Shown here in pieces: positions 11,956-24,145 of a stretch of 55,953 nt of DNA. The DNA is taken from positions 79,925,276 through 79,981,228 of the forward strand of contig NC_068985.1 in the NCBI RefSeq assembly GCF_001194135.2. Direction: 5' to 3'. Below the pieces are notes generated by a model. It was not told the origin of the DNA. It saw nothing but the letters and a program-made list of their open reading frames with translations, and ran no database searches. This DNA is from Octopus bimaculoides (taxonomy: Eukaryota). Position 1 is the first letter of the stretch. Each line of letters begins with the position of its first letter. Position numbers and translations under genes: made by a program.

Positions 11956-12418
11956 ATGATTCATCAAAATGTCTGGAAACTTTGCAGACCCATTTATATA
12001 TTGCATCAAATCAGATGTTTGAATACTCACACTCTTGGTAGATATTGGCACCATTATTTCAGGCTTGAGCTAAATCCTCGAACACAAACATTGTTTAACT
12101 TTAAATACTGGTCATCATTTCTATCACCATCTTCCTCTTCATCACCATTGTCATTGTTATCATCATGGACTTTTGTTCGCCACTTGGCATTTCAACAAGG
12201 TAAAAATAAAATCGATAGAAAAGTTTACATTGCTTACATTAAAAGCTTGTTGCAGGAATTCAATGATCTTCAGATGCAATATTTGACACCGAATGAAGAG
12301 ACAGGGATAACACATCATGAAAGTGAGAGGTACAAACAGCTAATGCCTGTTGCATCGAAAATTGAGGACATGTTTACAAAAGAGAAGGAACGGGAAGAAC
12401 TTGTAGAACTTTTACTTG
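11956..12418 (+). CDS. MTRF1L: Mitochondrial peptide chain release factor 1-like, coding exon 1 (presequence and N-domain)
   Basis: ATG 11956; Arg/Ser/aromatic-rich, acid-poor N-terminus; donor CTTG|GTAAGC, phase 1 (463 nt). The start codon is the least certain element. Confidence 0.8.
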
Positions 12419-13300
12419 GTAAGCAGGAATTTCCCCCTTTTGTGTATAATTCAAACAACTATTATTTGCTCATTCATCTCTCTCTCTCTCTCTCTCTCTT
12501 ATGACTGTGAAGTTAAGAAATTTGCTTTGCAACCATGTAGTTTCAGGTTCTATCTCACTGTACAACACTTCTACTATAGTTTTAGGCTGGTCAATATCTT
12601 ATGAGTGAATTTAGCAGCTGGAAACTGTACTGAAGCCATTGTGTGTGTGTGTGTGTGTTTATAAGAGTTGACATTCCATGGCATCACTTGTCACCATCTG
12701 AGCTAAACAATGACATGATATTTTCATTCCTAATCAACATCTGCTCCAAGTTATGGACTCTTTACTTGAAATTGCAAGACCAAATAAGGATTGTGACAGG
12801 AAGAGTATCTCCAACACATTGTCTTGTGATGTACAGCATTTCATTCTGTGGAATGTTGGCAAACCTCTTAATTTCTGACTCTCTCGTTGCAAAGTTCCCC
12901 TGACTTCTAGCTTTTTTCTAGCTGCTTGGTTTTGTTATCTATGGTCTCCATCTTCCTGTCTTTCTAGACTTGCCTCTTAGCTTTTGACCCTTTCTACAAT
13001 ACTCTTCCACCAGCATGGAAACAAGATCTGAGTTGAAATGTTCGTACATGTCCAGAATTACTGGAAGCTTTCCTGCATTCAGTTACAAGTAACAATCCAT
13101 TAATATATTAAGTCAGCTTATCCTAGTTATCACGAGCTGTATATAATGTATGGTATCCATCTACCTGTACTAATTAACATACTTCTCTCCCTTCTCATTT
13201 TTTGATATCTGCTGATATATTATGTGATTATAAGAGACTCCCTGCCAATGTGGTTGATTTAGTTTGTCCACTAATTTCTGTTGTCATATTCTTCTCTTAG

Positions 13301-13389
13301 ATGCTTCTGCAGAAGACAAAGACCTTGAAACAATAGTCAAAAGTGAGACTGCTCACTACAATGAAATCATTCAGCAACTTGATGATGAG
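13301..13389 (+). CDS. MTRF1L: MTRF1L coding exon 2
   Basis: ttctcttag|AT...GAG|gtaact; 89 nt, phase 1 to 0; DASAEDKDLETIVKSETAHYNEIIQQLDDE. Confidence 0.9.
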
Positions 13390-13424
13390 GTAACTATCAA
13401 ACACATATCAATGTACTAAAGCTT

Positions 13425-13845
13425 TTACAGTTTGCTTCCCAACCACATGGTTTTGGATTCTGTCCTACTGCATGCACCTTGGGCGAGTGTCTTCTACCGA
13501 AGACCCAGTCTGACCAAAGCCTTGTGAGTGGATTTAGTAGACAGCAACTGAAAGAAGCCTGGCATAATATATATATATATATATATATATATACATGCAC
13601 ACACATATACACATGTATGTATATACACACGCACACATATACACACACATGTATATATACAAATATGTGTGTGTTTATGCTTGTCCCCCCACCACTGCTT
13701 GACAACCTGTGTTAGTTTGTTTACATCCCCATAATTTAGTGCACTAGGTTTAGAAAGAAATAAGTACTGGAGTCCTTTTGCTTTACAAAACTCTTTAAGG
13801 CAGTACCCCAGCATGGCTGCAATCCAATGGTTGAAGCAAGATCTC
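13425..13845 (+). mobile_element. SINE family B with internal (TA/CA) microsatellite
   Basis: Colinear with other family B copies. Confidence 0.75.
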
Positions 13846-13991
13846 CATCCTTACACACATACCCCACCATACACACACCACCACCACCACTAAGTAAAGG
13901 GTTATCGTAACAATAAAAATAGAAAGCTATTGAAAGTTGTTATAGCTGTTGTTGTCTACATGTTTTTATGTGACTCTCTGTTTTCTTACAG

Positions 13992-14175
13992 ATAAAAAGC
14001 TTGTTGAGCTTCAGTTCAGGCAGTTCAGCTTCTGATGTAGTTGTGGAAGTCACTCCTGGAGTCGGTGGCCAGGAATCACAGCTATTTGCCAAAGAGATAA
14101 TCGAGCTGTACTTCAACTATGCACATTATAAAGGATGGGACTTCTCATTGGTTAGTGAAGACCGGAGTGATATTG
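13992..14175 (+). CDS. MTRF1L: MTRF1L coding exon 3 (helix alpha5 region)
   Basis: ttcttacag|ATA...ATT G|gtaggt; 184 nt, phase 0 to 1; EVTPGVGGQESQLF matches the RF1 PCRF domain. Confidence 0.95.
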
Positions 14176-14267
14176 GTAGGTTGATTAACTCCACTCAACA
14201 AATTCCGTACTACTGTTTCTATGTAATGTCTAACTTTCTCATGTGAATTATTGTAGCAGTGTATACA

Positions 14268-14449
14268 TGCAAGCATAGCTGTAATGTTTGAAATCTGATT
14301 CAAAACTACATGGTCACAGGTTCCATCCCAATGTATGGCACCTTCAACATGTGTCTTCTACTATAGCCTCAGGCTGACCAATGCTAAACAGAAACTATGT
14401 GGAAGCCTGTTGTATGTGTATGTATGTATGTAGGTATGTATCTATCTGT

Positions 14450-14486
<37 letters not shown>

Positions 14487-14700
14487 CATATATTTATGTG
14501 TGTGTGTCTTTATGTCTGTGTTTGTCCCCCTCCACTGCTTGACAGCCGGTGTTGGTGTGCTTACATCCTTGTAACTTAACAATTCTGCACAAATAAACTG
14601 ATAAAATAAGTACCAGGGTTAAGAAAAAAACGAACTAAAACCCTTCAAGGTGGTGCTCCAGAATGGCCAGTCAAATGACTGAAATAGATAAAAGATAAAG
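14268..14700 (+). mobile_element. SINE family B with internal microsatellite
   Basis: Colinear with other family B copies. Confidence 0.75.
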
Positions 14701-14821
14701 ATTTTGAAAAAAATAAATGCTAACAAGAAGGACATCTGGCTATCAAACAACAGATCAATGTTGTATATAACTCATTTCATCCATGCTAGCATAGAAAGAC
14801 ATTCATGAAAATGAATGACTG

Positions 14822-14914
<93 letters not shown>

Positions 14915-15319
14915 ATATGTGTGTGTGTTTATTTTCATGTCCACACATTGACAAGATTTAGGCAGTAGCAATGTTATATTTATATCTTCCATAAACAATA
15001 TGTCGTGTAGATCAGCAGTTTCATTGACTTCGACATGTGATGATCAGAGGAATAAAAATACCTTAGTAAATAAGGTAAATAAGTCTTGTCAAACATGTAT
15101 GGAAAAATCACCCTTTACCGCCCATTTTCCATACTGGTATGGGTTAAATGGTTTGGCAGGAGCTAGCAACAGAGGTCTGCAGCTAGTTCCAATGTTTGCT
15201 TTGGCATGGATTCTATGATTGGATACCTTTCCTAATGCCAACCACTTCTCAGGTGTACTAGTTTCTTTTTCATGGTGCTTGTACTAGTGAGGCCACTAAC
15301 TAACTCACAAAATAAGACC

Positions 15320-15710
15320 TCTCAACTGAGTTGGGTTGCAGTATTGAGAAGAGGTGTGGTCACTGGCAAACAGTGACCACATTTGTCAAGGAAACACTGG
15401 AAATGTAACCTCAGCACATATTTGCACATTATCAGCCATGGCATGCCCAGTCCACCATGCAGTGGGTGTTGGCAGTTGATGGATAGCCTGAACATGGGAA
15501 CACATCTCTTCCACAAAAAGCAAAAGCATTTACTCTCCAGTGTAACCAGATGGGAACTGGGACAGGGCATGTTGGTCAGGTGATGGTATCTGATAGAGAG
15601 GATGTATGCGTTAGCCACCTCTGCCCAGCCTTTTAGAGATAACTTCCTCTGGGCCCATTTCTGGGTGAGAGTAGCCACCTTGCTTGCTACCTCATCCTAG
15701 TTTTTGTCCC
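15320..15710 (-). mobile_element. Tx1/L1-clade LINE fragment (post-RT region)
   Basis: DEVASKVATLTQKWAQRKLSLKG...FLW...HPLHGGLGMP, typical of L1/Tx1 ORF2 after the RT domain. Confidence 0.8.
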
Positions 15711-16490
15711 CTTGTGCTTCTTTTAAAAATAATTATTATTATTTCCCAGACTTTTAACTTCATCTTTTGTCTTATGTTTAACATTACTTTTTCTATTGGT
15801 CATCTGTAAGTTTAATAGCTTATAGTTTAGAAAGCTTAAATGCTTCTTTTCGTGTTCCAGATCTTAAGATAGTATTCATTGAAGATGGAATGAAAAATGT
15901 GGCTTGTGGATGTTGATGGATTTAACCCTTATCCTTAATGCTAACCTCAACTTAAACCCTGACCTTAACCCTAACACTATTCAAAATATCATTGCAATCC
16001 TTTGTTAGACTTCTGTTCTGCAGAACTCCCAGCTAGTTGTTGTTTAGCCTCAGGTCAAACCTGATTATGTAAACCTATCATCAAAGGCATTCCAGTTGTT
16101 ACCACCCTGTTTAATTTTCAGATACACTGTATCCAAAACAGCAGCATCCTCCTGCTGATCTCTACCTAATGATCCTTAGGTGTCCTGCTTTCTTTTTCTT
16201 CAATCCTTGCTTTGCCAAATATCCCCATAGTGTCCTTAATGTATGGCCTGTCCACCTTCACTAATATTTTGCTATCTGTTGACCAACGAGTTCCTACTTG
16301 GCTTTAATCTAGAGGCCTTTCTGCTCACAGTTTCTGGATATCTAATGTTTGAGATGTGTCTGAGGCATTTATTTATGAATGTTTGGAACTTTCTGATCTT
16401 TCAAACTTCTCGGGAGAGGTTTGAAAGAGGTCACACATTAAAATTTCCACTTTTTATTCATGCCTAATTTATAAATTTATTTCCCTACAG

Positions 16491-16654
16491 GTGGTATACG
16501 TAAAGGTACTGCAATGATATCAGGAGATGATGCTTACAATTACATGAAGTTTGAAGGAGGTGTCCATCGGGTCCAACGAATTCCCAAAACAGAGAGAGGA
16601 GGACGTGTGCATACAAGCACAGTGACAGTTGCTGTATTGCCTCAACCAAAAGAT
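16491..16654 (+). CDS. MTRF1L: MTRF1L coding exon 4 (PxT codon-recognition loop)
   Basis: ttccctacag|GT...GAT|gtaagg; 164 nt, phase 1 to 0; [27 protein letters not shown] without the MTRF1-type insertion indicates mtRF1a/MTRF1L. Confidence 0.97.
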
Positions 16655-17199
16655 GTAAGGAAAAAAAATACCACTGTTATATGCTTTATATGTCTAATGT
16701 ATCAATAGTGTCTAAAATCTGTTTAAGAGTAGCTGCTGCTGAAGCATGGTGAGGATATTGATAGAAGTCTTTTTTTTTTTCTGGCTGTGTGGTAAGAAGT
16801 TTGCTTCCACATGGTTTCAGGTTCAGTCCCACTGCATGGCATGAGTAAATGTATTCTACTGTATCCTCAGGCTGACCAAAGCCTCATGAGTTGATTTGTT
16901 AGACAGAAACTGAAAGAAGCCCATTGTGTGAGTGTGTATGCCGATAGCATGTAAAAAGTACCCAGCACACTCTGCTAAGTGGTTAGCATTAGGAAGGGCA
17001 TCCATCTGTGAAAACCATGTTACAACAGACAGTGGAATCTGAACAGCTCCATGTTAAACCGTCCAACCCATGCCAGCATGGAGAGCAGACATTAAAGGAT
17101 GATCATGAGATATATATATAAAAGGTGCAGCAATATCAAAGGATGGTTAAATGGACACATAAAAGATGCGGCAATATCGAAGAAGGTCAACCAGGAAAA

Positions 17200-17751
17200 T
17201 AGTTCTTTTGTGTGGCAGATGCACCGGGGCAATAAACACTGAAGATGTACAGAAAACAGATTCCATCATATGCCAGGGGAAGAAACTAGAAGTAGTTAAT
17301 AGCTTTTGCTACCTTGGCGACCAAGTCTGTAGTGGGGGTGGTTGCTCTGAGAATATAGCAGCTAGAATAAGAATAGCCTGGGCAAAGTTCAGGGAGCTCC
17401 TACCTCTGCTGGCAACTAAGGGCCTCTCGCTCAGGATGAAAGGTAGACTGTCTGATGCATGTGTGCAAACTTCCATGCTACACAGCAATGAAACATGGGC
17501 CATGACTGCTGAGGACATGCGTGGGCTTGAAAGAAATGAAGCTAGTATGATCTGCTGGATGTGTAATGTCAGTGTGTATACATGACAGAGTGTAAGCGCC
17601 CTGAGAGAAAAGTTGGGCATAGGAAGCATCAAATGTAGTGTGCAAGAGAGATGACTGCGCTGGTGTGGTCATGTGTTACGTATGGATGAGTACAGCTGTG
17701 TGAAGAAGTGCTACTCCCTAACTGTGGAAGGAACCTGTGGAAGAGGTAGAC
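17200..17751 (+). mobile_element. RTE-clade LINE ORF fragment
   Basis: KLEVVNSFCYLGD...RIRIAWAKFRELLPLL...RLRWCGHVLRMD...EGTCGRGR; same family as 11359-11625. Confidence 0.9.
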
Positions 17752-19790
17752 ACACCTCTTCCACATCCTAGATCACATGGGACACACCTCAAAGCCTCCA
17801 ACTTCCACAGTAATGGTTCAAGAGTCAGTACATACAGAAGAGAGGAGAGAGGGCACACTTGACAAACTGAACATAAGATGCTGAATGACTCCAACAGGTG
17901 ATCATTCACACGAACAACTGAGCAGATGCTGCTGTACAAAGCAGAGATTGAACTGTGGAAAACTGGACTGAAACTGGCTGGCAAGTATTGATGGTCAACC
18001 CTATCAAAGGCTTTAGATTGATGTAGCACATATGATGGAGGTTATTGTGAATATTCCTAGTTGGTTTGAGCCTCACCAACCAGCTTGTCCATGACAAGTG
18101 CTAACCTCTTGGCCAAAATCTTCAACTCTGCATTGAGCAGAGTGATGAGCCTGAAATGTTCTATAATGCCCCTCAACAGACAAAATTGAGAATTCTCCCA
18201 TTCTGCTGCCAGTTGCAGTAGACGTTTGCTAAGAGGCCTGCAAGTGAGTCTGGAATCGTAGTATAAAGCTCGTAGAGCAGACCATCCAAACCTGCGGATC
18301 TACCTCTCATGCAACTCTTCATTCCCTCCACGGCTGGCTGTTATCGGCCTTTCACAGCAATCTGCCTCACTCACCGAGAGTTGTGGCAGTCCGTCCAGGT
18401 ACACACCAAAGTCTGCCCTGTTATCCATCCTACCATTCATCTCAAACAGTAAAGCAAAGTACCGCTGAAAAGCTGCACACATCTGTTTCGGCTTGAACAC
18501 CACACATCTGCTCTGGTCCACCAAAGACCAAATGGTGGCTTTATTGCCACTTTCGCCTCCACCATGTGGCCCATCATGATGCTTTCATTCCCTCCCCTCT
18601 TAGTGAACATGCCTTAGCTCTGACAACGCAGCCTTCATGTTTGACGTTGAAAAATTGGTTGAGAGCCAACCTCGCTGCCAACACATTGGTTGCAATGCTT
18701 GTCCTAAGCGCCTCATCTAACTTTCTAACTAAATCTCCCTCTGTTCTATTTCTCTCTACCACTAATTCCTTGCTAAACCTAATTGATTCTACTCTAATTG
18801 CCCTTTTAAGAGCAAACCACCAGTTGTTGTTGACAATTGCCCCCGACGACACCTGCTTAACTAGTTTGCTAATCTGGTCTCTGTAAGCTTGACACGCCAG
18901 TAGTGACGTGTTCAGCTTCCAGTAACTGGGACCCTCTCTATGAAGCCTATCTAAGTTGACTGTACAGATCACAAATTTGTGGCCTGTGTAGCCAATCATG
19001 TGAAATTGTGGACACCCTATGCTATCTTTGTCCGTTGGCCTACAAAATACCCTATCTAGATACAATCTAGATGACCTAATGTGGTTTGTTCACAGCCACC
19101 CTGGCACATTCTGGTAATCTAGTTGGTACATGTCAGACAACTGAAAACGCCTGAGCAGGTTTTTGAGGCTTTTGCACCCCGCTTTTCTATCAGATACCCC
19201 GAAACGTCCATCTAAGACAGCGTTCCAATCCCCTACTAATACCAAAGTCTGAGACATTCCCAGGAAAACCTCCAGACGCTTGAAGTAATCAGACTGCCCT
19301 GCCTCTGTTGGAGCATAGGCAGCCACCAGTCTGAAAACACCGCCATCACTGCTGTTCACATCTAGGACTACCAACTTACATTCTGGATCCAGGAAGACTG
19401 CCTTTATTTTCAAATCCAGACTGTTCTGGAAAAGTACAACAGTACAACCACCACCCCTTCCTAGCTGATATGGAGATAGAAAAATTTTGTACCCACTGCA
19501 AAAGGTGATAAGGTCCCATGGGTCATATAGTCTGGATTCATTAATGGCTGCAACATCTACACTAAGGGATCTCAGGTCATTTAAAAGGTGACCTTGTTTC
19601 CAAGGCAACCCAAGACCCCTGACATTTATAAAACCTATTCTGAGCATCACAATGGTAAAATAAATTTAAGATGGAGAAGAGCTCTACTTGGCACCGTTGT
19701 CTGGCAGGGGTGTCCCCCTGGTCATTGGTATGGGCGTTTCCACAAGGTTTTTGTATAATAAGTCCACAGCTTGCCCATACATTACATGTT
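17752..19790 (-). mobile_element. Tx1/L1-clade LINE (end of ORF1, APE endonuclease, first half of RT), degraded
   Basis: INVRGL...GDWNA (APE), LDRVF, YWKLNTSLL, PGLDG, KAFDRVDH, CPLSSLLY; several stops and frameshifts; truncated before the YADD motif. Confidence 0.92.
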
Positions 19791-19844
19791 TGTGTGTTTT
19801 TGTGTTTGTATAATTAGTTATTTGTATCATTCATTTATTTTCAG

Positions 19845-19962
19845 ATTGATATTGCCTTGAATCCTAAGGACCTACAGATAACAACATGTCGTGCTAGCGG
19901 TAGTGGAGGACAACATGTCAATACAACAGACAGTGCTGTACGGATTGTTCATGTCCCAACTG
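19845..19962 (+). CDS. MTRF1L: MTRF1L coding exon 5 (catalytic GGQ motif)
   Basis: attttcag|ATT...ACT G|gtaaat; 118 nt, phase 0 to 1; [25 protein letters not shown]. Confidence 0.97.
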
Positions 19963-20129
19963 GTAAATAACAACACTAACTTTCCCAAAGTAATATTATA
20001 ATAATCTCTTGAGACTAAGCAAAGAAGACATTTTTTTTTTACAACAGGAAAATTAAAAAATTAATTTACACATCCATTTTCTCATGTTTATATGGTGGAA
20101 TTGATTGGTTGAGTTTCTTCTTAATCAAC

Positions 20130-20460
20130 TGCAAGAAAAGTTTAGGAAAGGTGGGTATTTCATAAGATATTGTGCTCTTGAGAGAAAAGATTGGTGGTGA
20201 GTGTATTTGGTGTGAAGATGCAATATGCATGATAAGAGGAGAAAAGACTTGAATGGAGGTAGAACCTGACCAGCTAGCTCTGGTGAATAGAAGCCATTGT
20301 AGTAGATGCAGGGTGAAGACTCATCATATCTCAGGGCCAAAGGTTGAGGCGTATTGGTGACGACACCATCCAAATCAGTCAAATGGCTTTCTTTTAGGTG
20401 CAGCCCAAGATGTGGAAGTAATTTTTCCAATGCACTTGTCAGTTAAGCTTTGTAGACAGT
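20130..20460 (-). mobile_element. Degraded L2/CR1-type LINE 3' ORF fragment
   Basis: YYNGFYSPELAGQVLPP...HTKYTHHQSFLSRA resembles the C-terminus of CR1/L2-group ORF2. Confidence 0.5.
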
Positions 20461-21032
20461 TAGTAACTGGTTGAAGCTGAAGTATTTCCTGGCCCTGAAG
20501 CAAAAGGCTACATTTTGCTATGTTTTGAATGTATATAGATCACCAGTTGATATAATTCTTCTTTCTTTGCTGTGGTGATGGACAAGTTTAAAAACTTGTG
20601 GACCATCTTGATTTTTGTTAAACGGGGAAATTTCTCCTCTCCCTTTTCAATGCTCACAAGTCTCCTATGATGGAGTGATGCTCCTCTCCTATGTGAAGCA
20701 TTACAATATTGTACTAAGATACTATTGTTGTAATGTACTGTAGTACTAGTGAACTGTTGTACTGCATATTTCAGCCTTATATACCACTATAGTAATAATA
20801 GTAGTAGTAGTAGTGGTTGTGGTAGTAGTAGTAGTAGTAGTTCACACTGTAATTTTTGTAATATAAGCATACTATTTTTTTCTCATGCTGTCATTTTGTA
20901 ATGTACTCTGGTACTTCATACTGTTATTATGGTGTATTTTAGCCCTATTATTTTAGTCTACTTATAGAAATGCATCCTTTTATAATGTACTTTAACTTCA
21001 TACACTCTTTAGTTTCTTACTTTAATCTACAG

Positions 21033-21108
21033 GAATGGCAGCAGAAAGCCAACAGGAGCGGTCGCAGATGAAGAATAAAGAAATTGCAATGAAATTATTA
21101 CAGACAAA
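21033..21108 (+). CDS. MTRF1L: MTRF1L coding exon 6
   Basis: aatctacag|GA...AA|gtaagt; 76 nt, phase 1 to 2; GMAAESQQERSQMKNKEIAMKLLQTK. Confidence 0.95.
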
Positions 21109-21213
21109 GTAAGTGATCATTAATTCTTCAATTATTTCATTTTACTTTAAGTGTTTGACAGAAGATAAAATACTCCTCCCTTACTCAATTCCTTATATTC
21201 TTTTTCTTTATCT

Positions 21214-21689
21214 ATGTTGAGGCAAGTGAATCGAAATCGAACTAAATTTGACGACTGGCACCCATGCCAACGTCGTCTCCTTCATTGGACACGAAACTCA
21301 GTTTGCGAAGACTTATTGGGACAAGCGAAAACGAAATCGGGATGGCACCTGTGCCCAGCGTCGCCTTTCTGGCACTTGTGCCCGCAGCATGTGTAAGGAC
21401 TTTCGAGCGAGATTGTTGCCAGTGCCCCTGGACTGGCTCTTGTGCGGGTGGCACATAAAATACACCATTTTGAGTGTGGCCGTTGCCAGTACCACCTGAC
21501 TGGCCTTCGTGCCGGTGGCACGTAAAAGCACCTACTACACTCTCGGAGTGGTTGGCTTTAGGAAAGGCATCCAGCTGTAGAAACTCTGCCAAATCAGATT
21601 GGAGCCTGGTGTAGCCTTCGGGCTCCACCAGTCCTCAGTCAAATCGTCCAACCCATGCTAGCATGGAAAGTGGACGTTAAACGATGATG
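21214..21689 (+). mobile_element. RTE LINE 3'UTR copy (family A)
   Basis: Ends CCATGCTAGCATGGAAAGTGGACGTTAAACGATGATG; near-identical by eye to 10629-10941, 46322-46647 and 49098-49328. Confidence 0.85.
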
Positions 21690-21785
21690 TGTTTAGGGAA
21701 AAAAAACATATCACTGCATTTGTTAAGAGTTCAAAACTTTAGCTGATCCTGTTTTACTCTTGTTGATTTTATTTGTTACTTGCAG

Positions 21786-22065
21786 GTTATACCAAAAACA
21801 GTTACAACAACAGGAACAAGAGATCCAATCCAATCGTAAAACACAAATCGGAATGGCTGGTCGATCTGAGAAGATCCGAACATATAATTTCAACCAGGAC
21901 CGAATAACTGACCATCGACTTTCATATAACATACATAATTTATCACAGTTTTTCACAAATGGACAAATTTTGGACAATTTATTAGTGAATTTACTCTATC
22001 AAGAAAGAGAGGGCTGTTTGCACCAGAAATTAGAAGAGTTTTCGCTATCTATGCAAAAAACATGA
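21786..22065 (+). CDS. MTRF1L: MTRF1L coding exon 7 (to stop)
   Basis: acttgcag|G TTA TAC...; RSEKIRTYNFNQDRITDHRL; TGA at 22063-22065. Summed CDS is 1374 nt = 457 aa. Confidence 0.96.
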
Positions 22066-22187
22066 AAAAAACAATCCCTTTTTTTGATCAGAAATCATAT
22101 TTTTGATTCATGTTATTAGTAAGTTATTTTATAAATGCATTAAAATTCAATCCTTGCCTTATGTTAGATTATTAGGTGCATGCTGAA

Positions 22188-22520
22188 AGCACATGGCTTA
22201 GTGGTTAGAGCATTAGGCTCACAATCATGAGGTAGTGACTTCAATTTCCAGACCAAGTTGTGTGTTGTGTTGTTGAGCAAAACACTCTATTTCACGTTGT
22301 TCCAGTTCACTCATCTGTAGAAATGAGTTGCAACGTCACTGGTGCCAAGCTGTATCAGCCTTTTCCTTTCCCTAAGATAACATTGGTGGCATTGAGAGGG
22401 GAGACTGGTATGCATGAGTGATTGTTGGTCTTCCATAAACAACCTTGCCTGGACTTGTGCCTTGGAGGGGAACTTTCTAGGTACAATCTCATAGTCATTC
22501 ATGACTGAAGGGGGTCTTTA
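22188..22520 (+). mobile_element. tRNA-derived SINE, family E
   Basis: Head ATGGCTTAGTGGTTAGAGC, B-box remnant, TTGAGCAAAACACT domain; inverted relative at 38653-38950. Confidence 0.75.
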
Positions 22521-24145
22521 CTCATTTAGATGCATGCATAGCCATGTGCTTAAGAAGTTTACTGTACAACTACAAGGGTTTGGGTTATGATTTCATTGTA
22601 TAGCATCTTGGGTAAGTGTCTTTTACTGTGGCCTTGGGTTGAACAATGTCTTGTGATTGAAACTTGGTTGGTGACAATCATACAAGAAACTCATCCAATA
22701 TGTGTCTATGTGATTCTTATGGTATCAGTACTAGCCAAGACATTAACCTTCAAACTGTCTAGTTCACTTAATTGTAAATAAATAATGCAGAGTAGGAATT
22801 ATATGCCTCTCTAAGCAGTAGAAATACTGTAAAAACTTAATAAGCAAATTGTCAACTTGTGTATCAGAGGGTGACTTTCTAGGTGCAATCCCATGCTCAT
22901 TCAATTTAAAAATCATTAAAAAAAAAAAAAACTTAGTAAATCTGTTTGGATTATTAAATCCACAGACATTATTATCCTGTTAAACTGCATCTGTGGAAAA
23001 AAAAACTCAAAGAGTAGTTTCCAGTAGGCTGATTTTCTCAGGATACACTTCTTGTAGATTAACTTTTGTGTGATGCCCTAATGACTCAGTGGGTTAAGGG
23101 ATTTGCCATATGACATTGCTGCAAATCACAAATTTACAAGGGAAATGCATAATTAATTGAACCAGTATATGATGTCTTTTCAGTTATGAACTGAAAATTG
23201 TTGATATTTGTCTCGTTTTTGCATAACACAACTGAAATTGGTCCTGTTTGTTTCCAGTTGCAATGGACATATGTGAAGAGAGAGAGAAACTAGTCTGAAC
23301 CTCAAATAGAAATTCGTCCAAATCAAAGCAATCTGTTCCTCTCATTGTTAACCAAATTTCAGCTGTTAAAATGGTTTTTCACAATTCTCTGTGTTTTTTG
23401 ATAAGGGGCATAACAAATTGTTAGGGTAGGACTAAAGTCTACCATCTCTGGTCTACCTGTACTCTCAAACAGTCAGGTTAAATGCTGCTAGATAAACCGT
23501 ATGCACCTTCCTGGAAGGCAACAGCACATACTTATCATGTTCTATCAAAGACATAATCGTGGCTTTATTAACACATCACATTTCTTCCACCCCAGTCTAT
23601 TGGATAGCTTTTGCACCCTTTTGTTTAACAACATATATCTTACTCTGATAATGCAACTTCTAATTTCATTACAAAAAAAAATGATTGTGTACTTTTCCCA
23701 CTTCTAGTACATTGGTTGCAATATTTTTTCTAATTATCTGAGTAGCCAACTCTCTAATCTATTGTTCTTCATCACTAATTCTTTGCACTTCTCTATCATT
23801 CTCTAACAGTTCTTTCAACTACAGTTATAGTTATGATTGTTTCTAATTTAAGTACAGTGTGAGGAGAGGAGGTTTGTCAATTACATCAGTATCCACTACT
23901 TGACTGGTTCTTTATTTTATTGGTACCAAAAAAAAAAAAATGAAAGATAAAGTTGATCTTAAAAGGATTTGAACTCAGAATGTAAAGAGCCAGAAAACTA
24001 TTCAGTTTCATGTCCAACAAGCTAATGATTCTTCCAATCTGTGCCCTAGCCATAATTATAATAATGATTGCTAAGATAGGCACAAGGCCCACATCTTGAG
24101 GAAGGAGAAAAGTCAAAAGTCCATTAAATCAACATCAATGGTTAC

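Noticed and set aside
21242-21628. Recurrent MKPDG/MEPEG...LAEFLQLDALPNANHSESVVGAF ORFs
   Set aside because: They are antisense readings of the RTE 3'UTR repeat, present in many dispersed copies.
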